From a virus (Duplodnaviria; Heunggongvirae; Uroviricota; Caudoviricetes): a DNA stretch of 51,658 nt. Made by a program: the position numbers and the translations under genes. The stretch lies in the IMG/VR virus record IMGVR_UViG_3300035698_009402, positions 1-51,658 of that record; one strand, 5' to 3'. A model generated the notes under the pieces. The model ran no database searches and had not been told where the DNA came from. It saw nothing but the letters and a program-made list of their open reading frames with translations. Positions 36,868 through 44,948 of the stretch are shown one piece after another (position 1 is the first letter of the stretch; each line of letters starts with the position of its first letter).

Positions 36868-37333
36868 CTTCTTGTCTGAAATGACTAATAGAATATACAT
36901 ACCAGCAATTATCTATATATACTACTTGAGCATACATACCTATTAATTCTACTTCTGTAAAATAGTTAGGTATTTTAATAGGATAAGATATTCTATCTAA
37001 TATTATATAGTTACCTATTTTATTCATAATTTTTTTACTGGATCTTTTAAATTTCTGTTTTTTATGTAAATCATATATAATGCAATTATTATCTATTGCC
37101 CATACAGTTTTACTATTTATTAGTTCATTTATATTTCTACATGTATAATCAAATTTCATTCTATTTTTCATAACTAATAGTTTTTCTAAATATGAACAAT
37201 TTATACTAGTATCATTAATCAAGTACCAAACTGTGGATTTACACCCAAACAGTTTGGTACTTTCATATTTTAATGTAGGGTTAGTTTGTAATCCGAATAT
37301 GGGATAATTTATATTCGAAAATTTACTCTTCAT
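36848..37333 (-). CDS. Conserved hypothetical protein (T5-like, between pol and D10)
   Basis: 161-aa ORF in the syntenic position. Confidence 0.6.
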   Translation of the reverse strand: MKSKFSNINYPIFGLQTNPTLKYESTKLFGCKSTVWYLINDTSINCSYLEKLLVMKNRMKFDYTCRNINELINSKTVWAIDNNCIIYDLHKKQKFKRSSKKIMNKIGNYIILDRISYPIKIPNYFTEVELIGMYAQVVYIDNCWYVYSISHFRQEDEQITL

Positions 37334-39599
37334 TTGCCTCCGCCCAAGTATCTCCTACTCCAAAATCTACTTTAATAGGAGTTCCAGCTATACTTAAACC
37401 TCTATCTAGTTGAAGAAAGTCTCTAGTAATCTTAATATATTCTTCTACTAAATCTTCTCTAACTTCGCTAACAATAGAGTCGTGAACCAGTGTAAAAGGT
37501 AAAACAGCTTCTTCATATTGGTTAGCGGCTATCCAATCCATTAAATCACTAAATCCCATAAGGTTAATATCACTAGCAACACTTTGTACTAAGAAATTGA
37601 CACCACTACGTACCGCATGACCTGCTACGCCTTTATTTTTGCTCTTACTTTCAGGTAATCTTCTTTTTCTACCGTAATAACTATAGATATATGCGTTATC
37701 CTGAATAAATCTGTTACTACTATTAATAAAAGATCGTAGATTACTAGCTTCTTTGAAGTAGGTTTTAATATGTTGTTCAGCTTCTTTAACGGTAATTTCA
37801 TTACCCGGTTCACAACTTGCATTAACTTCTTCTGCAACTTTATAAGGTCCTGCCTGATACATGATACCGAAAGTAATAGCTTTAGATATCTGTCTAAGAT
37901 CGGGAAGTAACTTTTTAATATCCGCCACGTCACACGCAGGTTTGAACATTTTCTTAGCAATATAACTATGAAAATCTAGTCCGCTCTTAAAAGCTTCTTG
38001 TAAAAATGGATCATTACTTAGTACTGCTGCATAATACACTTCAGCAGTACCTAGGTCGCATTGAACAATCTTATATCCGGGTCTAGCTCGGAAAATACTT
38101 TTAACAGTTTTATCATCTCTTTGAATATTCTGATAGTTTAGAATACCACTACTAGATAGTCTACCACTAGTTGTTCCATGCAGATTAAAATTACTTCTTA
38201 ATCTACCGTCTTTATCTACACCATTTTTGATATTCATCAAATAAGTATTAAGTAGTTTACTCTTTTTTCTTAAATCTAATATAGCTTCTGCTATAGGATG
38301 TTCTAATTGTCCTAATACTTCCGCATCAGTACTTGCTACTCCTGTAGCCGTTCTTTTAGTAGGAGCTAATCCGATTATTTCAAACAATAACTTACGTAAT
38401 TGTAAAACACTATTTGGATTAAAAGGCTTACCTTGGATACTTTCTAATTCCAGTATTTCAGGACTTTTATTAATATCATATAAACAATCTTCAATATCAT
38501 CTTTTAACATAGAAATATGTTTATCTAAATCTGTTATCTCAATAGGTCCGCCATTATTTTCCATTTTCATTAGGTTTACTAATATAGGTAATAGAATATT
38601 ATAGTATAGATACTTAAATCTTTCATTTCTTTCAATTGCTGGTAAAAATTTATCCCTTAATTGATAAGTACCGTCCCCGTCCCTGAAAGCATATTCACAA
38701 AGTATTTCAGTAGGTATCATACCATAATTAAAATCGGCTAATTTAATCTTTTCTGCTCTGCAAAATTCTTTCTTGAATACATCTAATTCTTTTTCGTAAT
38801 CTCCTAGATCAGTGTATTTCATTGCTAACCCTTTTAAGCCATGACTACCTGTAGCTTCATTTAACACATAATGCATTATCATAGTATCATGGAAGTTAGG
38901 GAAAATTAATCCGTATTCATACTTTAGGAAAGCCATATCGAACTTAGCGTTATGAAAGATAGCTATTTTTTCATTAAAATAATCTTGTAATTCATCTAAA
39001 TATTGTTTAAATACTTCTGCTGTAACATATATTCCTTGATGCTTATAACAACTAAGCACAACTCCAAGTATATTACCTTTTCTAGGAGATAAACTTGTAG
39101 TTTCAATATCTACTACAACTTCACCAACTTCTTCCATTTCTTCAAGATAATCTTCAAAATCTTCACAATTAGATATATATCTATAGTCTTTGAAATTAAC
39201 TTCTATTGTATTAGTATCAGTTAATAATTGTTTTAATAATACAAAAGCTCTTAGGATATCTTCTTTATACTGAGGCTTAAATTCTACCATACTAGGATTA
39301 ATTATAGGAAAGTATAAATCTTCAATCAACATACCGTTATACTTAGTAATACCCGTCATACTCTTGTCCCCTAGTAAAGGGGGGGTATATTTTAAACTTT
39401 CGGCACCTACTGGGCAAATATAGGTATAATTCTGTAACTCTGTAGCATCTAAATCTACATTCTTTGATAATATTTTATCACGTTCTTCACTACATAAAAA
39501 AAGTATATCAATATTTATTCCGATATAATCGAAATATTCTTTAAAAATACTATATGCATCATCTGTTTTGCTAGGTAATATTATTACTGCTGTTTTCAT
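37323..39599 (-). CDS. Family A DNA polymerase with 3'-5' exonuclease, T5-like
   Basis: VVDIETT, FHNAKFD, TTSGRLSS, DLGTAE (motif A), RQISKAITFG (motif B), LVHDS (motif C). HGLKGLAMKYTDLGDY closely recalls T5 polymerase. Confidence 0.95.
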   Translation of the reverse strand: MKTAVIILPSKTDDAYSIFKEYFDYIGINIDILFLCSEERDKILSKNVDLDATELQNYTYICPVGAESLKYTPPLLGDKSMTGITKYNGMLIEDLYFPIINPSMVEFKPQYKEDILRAFVLLKQLLTDTNTIEVNFKDYRYISNCEDFEDYLEEMEEVGEVVVDIETTSLSPRKGNILGVVLSCYKHQGIYVTAEVFKQYLDELQDYFNEKIAIFHNAKFDMAFLKYEYGLIFPNFHDTMIMHYVLNEATGSHGLKGLAMKYTDLGDYEKELDVFKKEFCRAEKIKLADFNYGMIPTEILCEYAFRDGDGTYQLRDKFLPAIERNERFKYLYYNILLPILVNLMKMENNGGPIEITDLDKHISMLKDDIEDCLYDINKSPEILELESIQGKPFNPNSVLQLRKLLFEIIGLAPTKRTATGVASTDAEVLGQLEHPIAEAILDLRKKSKLLNTYLMNIKNGVDKDGRLRSNFNLHGTTSGRLSSSGILNYQNIQRDDKTVKSIFRARPGYKIVQCDLGTAEVYYAAVLSNDPFLQEAFKSGLDFHSYIAKKMFKPACDVADIKKLLPDLRQISKAITFGIMYQAGPYKVAEEVNASCEPGNEITVKEAEQHIKTYFKEASNLRSFINSSNRFIQDNAYIYSYYGRKRRLPESKSKNKGVAGHAVRSGVNFLVQSVASDINLMGFSDLMDWIAANQYEEAVLPFTLVHDSIVSEVREDLVEEYIKITRDFLQLDRGLSIAGTPIKVDFGVGDTWAEANEE

Positions 39600-40486
39600 A
39601 TGGTTTCCTCATTCAATGTTTGCCTTATTTCTTCTAATGTGAGATCACCTGGATCTTTGTTGAAAGGTACTCTGGCTATATTTGTTTTAATATAATTTCT
39701 CTCTAATAATTCTTTTACTTTGTGAGCACCTGCTATACCGGCCTTATCTCCGTCAAACATAACAGTTACTTCAGTACAGTTTATATTATTTAATAATTGT
39801 ATCTTAGTTTTAGTTAAGTTAGCAACTCCAAAATTACATAATGTAGAGGTGTAGCCGTGCTGCCATAGATTTAGTAAATCATATAAACCTTCCACTAATA
39901 TAACATGCTTTTTAAAGGATAATCTGTCTATAGGAAATAGAACATCACTCTTTTTACTATTTTCTGGATATCTCATATATTTAGGTCTAATACTATTAGG
40001 AATAGTATCCCTGCATTCTAGAAACTTAAGTTTCCCATATTGATAAACAGGAACACATATATACTTTTCTAAGTTATGTTTCTGAGTCCAGAAAGCTTTA
40101 AAGTCTCTCATAGTTTCATTATTTACTAATTTAACAGAACCTTCTACAGGTATTGCATCATCAGGAATAATTAAATTACTAATGCTCTTTATATTTCTTA
40201 TTTTATCTTGTAATAATTCTTTCTTAAATGTTTGATTAGTAGTTATCTCTAATTTAGTAGAGATACCTAAATGTTTTAGAAAAGATTTATAGCTACCTGA
40301 ATACCCACAACTCCAACAGTTGTATATATTTTTGGCAAGGTTAAATTGCATACTAGGACTAGTATCTTCATGTTCGGGATTTATACATTTTATCTTTATT
40401 TCTTGTACATTATTTGTTTTTATATAATTAATACCATTGTCGTCTAATATTTTAAGTATATCCATTATTTTACAAACATCCCACAA
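39596..40486 (-). CDS. DNA primase
   Basis: CINPEH...CWSC zinc finger; TOPRIM LVEGLYD and MFDGDKAG. Confidence 0.92.
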   Translation of the reverse strand: MWDVCKIMDILKILDDNGINYIKTNNVQEIKIKCINPEHEDTSPSMQFNLAKNIYNCWSCGYSGSYKSFLKHLGISTKLEITTNQTFKKELLQDKIRNIKSISNLIIPDDAIPVEGSVKLVNNETMRDFKAFWTQKHNLEKYICVPVYQYGKLKFLECRDTIPNSIRPKYMRYPENSKKSDVLFPIDRLSFKKHVILVEGLYDLLNLWQHGYTSTLCNFGVANLTKTKIQLLNNINCTEVTVMFDGDKAGIAGAHKVKELLERNYIKTNIARVPFNKDPGDLTLEEIRQTLNEETI

Positions 40487-41325
40487 CTAGCCTTAACATC
40501 ATATCCTACTCTATTTATTAACTTAACATCAGCTATTGTTTTTAGCATTTTTACATTTTCATTAATTAAATTAATATCGCTTTCTTCACTATGACCTTCG
40601 TAAGGGGGGTTGTATTGAATAATATTTACTTTAGGAACATATGGTAATTCTAACTTTTCTATAAAAGACATTATATTTTCTGTATTTTCAATACTATCGT
40701 TTTCATTCTTAATATACGCCCAATGAAATCTTATATAAGCACCTTTTTGTTCTGCTGTTTTTAAGTAATAATAAGTTTGTTCTAAATTACTAGCTTTAGG
40801 TAGCCATTTTTTTCTAAAAGTCTGATTGGTACTATAAAGACTGTGATACAGATGAGTACTATAATCTTTATGAAAATAAGAACTAAAATGCTTACTATTC
40901 ATTGATTTAGGTAATATACTAGAAATATTAAATCTAACATTATATATACCTACGTTGTACGCTAAATTTTGTAATTCATAATATAAGCTACTATTCAATA
41001 TACTACCAAAACTTAAAGGCTCTCCTCTAGCCATAAAATTGAAGTGAACTTTGGTAATTTTTTCTCTATTATCTACATTGGTTAAATTAGCTAAAGCAAT
41101 ACTGGCTTGTATTAGTAGCTCATCTAAAGTAGCACGTATTTCTTCTGTTTGTCCCGTTTGTGTTAAATGACAAAATCTACATGATCTATTACAGCCATTA
41201 TAAGTACTTAAATAGATAATAATATAATCTGATTTTCGTTGCACAAACCTACTTTCAAAAAACCCGTCTTGTTTTTCAAAAGTATAATTAACACTACTAT
41301 CTATTTTACTTCTTAATATTTCCAC
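40465..41325 (-). CDS. RlmN/Cfr-like radical SAM protein
   Basis: GCNRSCRFC (CxxxCxxC), FMARGEPL (RlmN MGMGEPL-like), C-terminal ASCG (RlmN AACG-like). Confidence 0.8.
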   Translation of the reverse strand: MEILRSKIDSSVNYTFEKQDGFFESRFVQRKSDYIIIYLSTYNGCNRSCRFCHLTQTGQTEEIRATLDELLIQASIALANLTNVDNREKITKVHFNFMARGEPLSFGSILNSSLYYELQNLAYNVGIYNVRFNISSILPKSMNSKHFSSYFHKDYSTHLYHSLYSTNQTFRKKWLPKASNLEQTYYYLKTAEQKGAYIRFHWAYIKNENDSIENTENIMSFIEKLELPYVPKVNIIQYNPPYEGHSEESDINLINENVKMLKTIADVKLINRVGYDVKASCGMFVK

Positions 41326-42710
41326 TATCCTATATCCCTATCACTTTCTTTACTTCCATATCTGATTTTATTAGTTACGCTTTCGTTAAGTAAATTAGAG
41401 TTACTGTTATCAATACTTACAGTATCCCAATCCATATTAATATCAAAATTAATAGCTGCTCCGTTTCTTATTTTTGCAGTATGAATATTAATACTTGTTC
41501 CACCATCTTTCGGAGGAAAGAATACAAAACTTTTATCTGCACTGTCCAAAATACCTTTAGCAAATCTAGCTTCACCAGATTCATCTATTTGATACGGACT
41601 TAATAATGTTATATCATACTTTCTAGATATTGTTTTTAAATTTTCAGCTAATTCTACTTGAGCCTTCCAATCTTTTTTATCTGGGTGACTTATTATGTTT
41701 ATATAATCTACTACAGCTAAGGTAAAATTAGGATATTTATTCTTAAATAAGTTACAATAGTGATCTATTCTGGATAATGTAAGAGACTCATCGTCAATGA
41801 TAAAAAATCTATTATCCTTAAACTTAGGCTTAGTAGCGTTATTGAATTTAAATTCAAATTGTTTAAAATCTTCGTCAGTACCACATTTACTTAATAGTTC
41901 CATATATTCTTGATACTTACTATCTTTTTGATAGAAATGATCCATCTTACCTTTAGCCATTTGTACTTTTTGACCTAGATCAATTTGGTTTTTGTATATA
42001 TCTAGAAAAGGTACTTTACTTACCATAGATACTAATCTATCATGTACTTCTTTATATCTCATTTCAATAGTAAAGAAAGCTACAGTATTTCCTCCATTAT
42101 ATCTGTGATTAGCACAATTTAAAGATATAATAGATTTACCACTACCTCTTCTACCGCCTAACATGACTAACTCTTGTAAAGCAAATCCTCCATTTTTAGA
42201 GTCAAAATGTTCACTTAATCCACTAGGATGTAGATCAAAACTATCTCCTGAAGGTATCAAATCTAAATCTGCCGCTACGTCAAAACATTCATCTTCAATA
42301 GTTATATTGTTATTTAGTTTTAGTAGATGATTTTGTAAACTATCCATAACTTCTACAGTTTCAAATTCTTCTATTTGATCTAGAAACTTATCTAAGAAAT
42401 TTAAAGTATTATCTCTAACATAATAATCTTGTAATTGAGATACTATAAATTCATTTTGTATATTAGCTACTTCATTTTCTTCAGTTAATACTTCATTCTC
42501 TAAATAATCTTGTATAAAACTATCCTTATAACTAGATAGTAATTCATCTTTGGTAGGCAGCCGTGTATTAGCACTATAGAATTTTTCTATAGTAGAAAAC
42601 AGAGTAAAAGACGATCCTGAGAAAAACTCAGCACGCATTTTACTATAAAATTCATGATTTTCATCTGTTATAAGTCTACTTAAAGCTACTTGTTGTAAAT
42701 CTAAGCTCAT
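41325..42710 (-). CDS. Replicative DnaB-like helicase (T5 D6-like)
   Basis: GGRRGSGKS Walker A, FTIEM, VVDYINI, SPYQ, ARFAKGILDSAD. Confidence 0.88.
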   Translation of the reverse strand: MSLDLQQVALSRLITDENHEFYSKMRAEFFSGSSFTLFSTIEKFYSANTRLPTKDELLSSYKDSFIQDYLENEVLTEENEVANIQNEFIVSQLQDYYVRDNTLNFLDKFLDQIEEFETVEVMDSLQNHLLKLNNNITIEDECFDVAADLDLIPSGDSFDLHPSGLSEHFDSKNGGFALQELVMLGGRRGSGKSIISLNCANHRYNGGNTVAFFTIEMRYKEVHDRLVSMVSKVPFLDIYKNQIDLGQKVQMAKGKMDHFYQKDSKYQEYMELLSKCGTDEDFKQFEFKFNNATKPKFKDNRFFIIDDESLTLSRIDHYCNLFKNKYPNFTLAVVDYINIISHPDKKDWKAQVELAENLKTISRKYDITLLSPYQIDESGEARFAKGILDSADKSFVFFPPKDGGTSINIHTAKIRNGAAINFDINMDWDTVSIDNSNSNLLNESVTNKIRYGSKESDRDIG

Positions 42711-43489
42711 TAACCCTCCTTAACAGGGAATAAAAGTTCTCTACCAATTGTTCTAAAACACCTATGATCTCCTAAAACCCATATTCTGTAATATTCTCTA
42801 CCTGTTTTTTCCAATCCGTCTTCTACTGCTTTTACAATATTAGAAACTGCTGTTCTTTTTATCTTTTCGTTATTAGGGTATAAATAATATACAGTATAAT
42901 GAGTATCTTCTTTCATATCTTCTTCTTTACAAATAATGTTACCTTTTCTATCCTTGATAGCACCTGAATGTTCTACGTATTCTTCCTTTACAGGGTTTAA
43001 TAAATATTCTACATAATCTTCATCAAATACTTTATCTACTTCCGCAAAACTACTTTCCTGACTGTAAAACACTTTATCGCCTATTTTAAATTTAGTATCT
43101 AAATCTTGAACAACATGTTCTGTTTTTGCAGGTTTCTTCTTACCTCTACCACGTAAAGGTATATTATTTTCAGTAAGTAATTTTTTAATTCTGTAATCAG
43201 TAACAAAATGATTGTTAGCAATTCTACTTACAGGCATCCCGGAAGTATAATCTTTGATTATACTACTTATTTCTAAACTTGTAAATACCTTCTTTTTATT
43301 TTTATCTCTAAGGTCTTTTTCTCTAGTAAGTGAAGTCTTATAATCTTCAATTAAAGTACTTAATCTTTTAGTATTATAAGGTATTGATAAAAATTCACAA
43401 CAAGCTTTTTTTGTTGCATTTTTATATTCTAACATCCATATAACTTGTCTTACTTTATCTTGGTCTATATCTGTAGCTTTTTTGCTCAT
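42710..43489 (-). CDS. Putative HTH DNA-binding protein (T5-like conserved hypothetical)
   Basis: ATKKACCEFL and DYTSGMPVSRIA HTH-like segments; first gene after a promoter. Confidence 0.55.
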   Translation of the reverse strand: MSKKATDIDQDKVRQVIWMLEYKNATKKACCEFLSIPYNTKRLSTLIEDYKTSLTREKDLRDKNKKKVFTSLEISSIIKDYTSGMPVSRIANNHFVTDYRIKKLLTENNIPLRGRGKKKPAKTEHVVQDLDTKFKIGDKVFYSQESSFAEVDKVFDEDYVEYLLNPVKEEYVEHSGAIKDRKGNIICKEEDMKEDTHYTVYYLYPNNEKIKRTAVSNIVKAVEDGLEKTGREYYRIWVLGDHRCFRTIGRELLFPVKEG

Positions 43490-43518
43490 ATTTAATACCT
43501 CTTAATTTATATTCTATA

Positions 43519-43547
43519 ATAATATCTTAAAATTATCTAATCAGCAA
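43519..43547 (-). promoter_or_regulatory. Sigma70-type promoter TTGCTG-N17-TATTAT with upstream A-tract (T5-early-like)
   Basis: Exact 17-nt spacer, upstream AAAAAA, and an AGAGGT RBS before ATG 43489; would drive the helicase-primase-pol operon. Confidence 0.7.
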
Positions 43548-43574
43548 GTAATTTTTTAAATAATTTTATCCCCT

Positions 43575-43624
43575 AAAAAATCCATAAAAAAACTCAGAGA
43601 TTAATCTGAAGCTTTTTATGGATT
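43575..43624 (-). terminator. Long hairpin / intrinsic terminator upstream of the replication operon promoter
   Basis: On the - strand: AATCCATAAAAA...TCAGA-TTAATC-TCTGA...TTTTTATGGATT followed by more T. Confidence 0.6.
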
Positions 43625-43759
43625 CTTAAAATCAATATAAATACCTGTGTCCGCTTTTTTCTTTTAATCCTAATGTAAAAAATACGCAATAAAATAAAGT
43701 CTTCCAATCACGATTAGAAGCTATACAATATTTAGTATCTAGGGTTATAAAAATATCCT

Positions 43760-44065
43760 TTAATTAATTGTAGTATTAAACGTATACATATTATTTATAA
43801 TTGATTTTATTAGTCCTGTATCTGTGTATTCTATGTCAAAACTTGTTTCTAAGAAATCATAGTGACGTAATAATTTTTCCATGTTAAAGCTGTTTCTATA
43901 ATGATTTTGTAGTTCTTTGTATGTATGATCTTCGTTTTCTACGTTTGGATAAAATCTTTTTATTAGTTGATCAATATACTCTGTTATATCTTTTTCTTCT
44001 AAGTTTAAAATTACATCTAAATTAACTTCCGGTATATTTTTTAAGAATAAATCATCCTGGTTCAT
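43760..44065 (-). CDS. Hypothetical protein (101 aa)
   Basis: Co-oriented ORF; no clear RBS. Confidence 0.55.
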   Translation of the reverse strand: MNQDDLFLKNIPEVNLDVILNLEEKDITEYIDQLIKRFYPNVENEDHTYKELQNHYRNSFNMEKLLRHYDFLETSFDIEYTDTGLIKSIINNMYTFNTTIN

Positions 44066-44076
44066 CTTAAAAACAC

Positions 44077-44100
44077 AAAAAGGCAGCAGAGTTAACTGCC
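44077..44100 (-). terminator. Putative intrinsic terminator after the D5-like gene
   Basis: GGCAG-N9-CTGCC followed by TTTTTGTGTTTTT on the - strand. Confidence 0.55.
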
Positions 44101-44117
44101 ACCCTTATTTGTCGTAT

Positions 44118-44141
44118 TAAGTAAGAAATATTTCTTACTTA
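44118..44141. repeat. Perfect 24-bp palindrome TAAGTAAGAAATATTTCTTACTTA
   Basis: Checked base by base as its own reverse complement; spans the D5-like stop codon. Confidence 0.9.
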
Positions 44142-44833
44142 TCTTTGAAAGGACGATCCTTAGCAGATAGCTTTCTGCGAGTTAGAACAGTCTTAATGCC
44201 TCTGTCGGTTGCACCAACTTCCGCAAAATGTTCTACCAATTCAGCTACAGTCATAGTAGCTGCAACTTCATCAATACCATCGTACTTGCTCTTCTTAGCT
44301 TCCTTCTTGTCTCTCTGAGTAGCGGTTAGCTTCATGCTCAATAGCTTACCACGAACACTATTAGTGCTCTTATTTACTGCAGCAGCAATATCTTCAAGGA
44401 AATCCCCATTTTCAGCCATAGAACGTACTGTAGCTTCTTCGTCGTCAGTATAGGTCTTAGGCTTTTCCTTCTTCTCAGTAGGCTTGACGTGCATAGTCAT
44501 TTCCATAGATAGTACCTTACCGGCAATCTGCTTGTTGCTTACGACTCTACCGAAAGTATCACTAAGCTGAGAAGCAATTTCTTCTGCATTGTAAACTCCG
44601 CTATTAGCTTCTAAGAAATTCTTTAATTCCTCAGTTTCCTCTGGGCTAAAGGCAGGCGCTCTGTCAATCTTGGGTACATCATAATCCATTCTACGTAGTT
44701 TAGCGGTTAGGCTTCTACGAGGAACAGCCATTTCTTCCATAACAGATTCTAGCTTTCCTTCAGTTACTCCGTCGGCGAACACTTCGTGTAAACGCTCTAC
44801 TTGTTCTTCTGTGTAATTATACTTTTTTACCAT
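44135..44833 (-). CDS. T5 D5-like DNA-binding transcription regulator
   Basis: KQIAGKVLSMEMTMHVKPTEK, SVRGKLLSM and MTVAEL...RGIKTVLTRRKL repeated HTH-like units recall T5 D5; position between ligase and helicase as in T5. Confidence 0.75.
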   Translation of the reverse strand: MVKKYNYTEEQVERLHEVFADGVTEGKLESVMEEMAVPRRSLTAKLRRMDYDVPKIDRAPAFSPEETEELKNFLEANSGVYNAEEIASQLSDTFGRVVSNKQIAGKVLSMEMTMHVKPTEKKEKPKTYTDDEEATVRSMAENGDFLEDIAAAVNKSTNSVRGKLLSMKLTATQRDKKEAKKSKYDGIDEVAATMTVAELVEHFAEVGATDRGIKTVLTRRKLSAKDRPFKDK

Positions 44834-44902
44834 ATTTTTATCTTTTCTCCTGATTTATTTGGTTTTTTATGAGATTGAGTTTTCCAACCTTCAATACTAT
44901 GT

Positions 44903-44931
44903 ATATTAACAAAGATTCGATTGTTGAGCAA
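44903..44931 (-). promoter_or_regulatory. Sigma70-type promoter TTGCTC-N17-TAATAT for the D5-like gene
   Basis: 17-nt spacer, TG upstream of the -10, and AGGAG RBS before ATG 44833. Shares the TTGCT -35 with the promoter at 43547. Confidence 0.65.
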
Positions 44932-44948
44932 CTCAAAATTTATTGTTT

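Noticed and set aside
37323-39599. Polymerase specialised for a non-canonical base (e.g. DpoZ)
   Set aside because: It resembles ordinary T5 Pol A (Phe in KAITFG); no PurZ-like gene in the window, and dut and thyX imply normal thymine.
43630-43750. Short open frame on the - strand (ITLDTKYC...RYLY) after an AAAGGA
   Set aside because: No ATG/GTG/TTG start and no recognisable motif; likely chance in AT-rich DNA.
44135-44833. Higher GC of the D5-like gene as evidence of horizontal transfer
   Set aside because: It sits in its T5-syntenic position; the composition is better explained by amino-acid content and high-expression codon bias.
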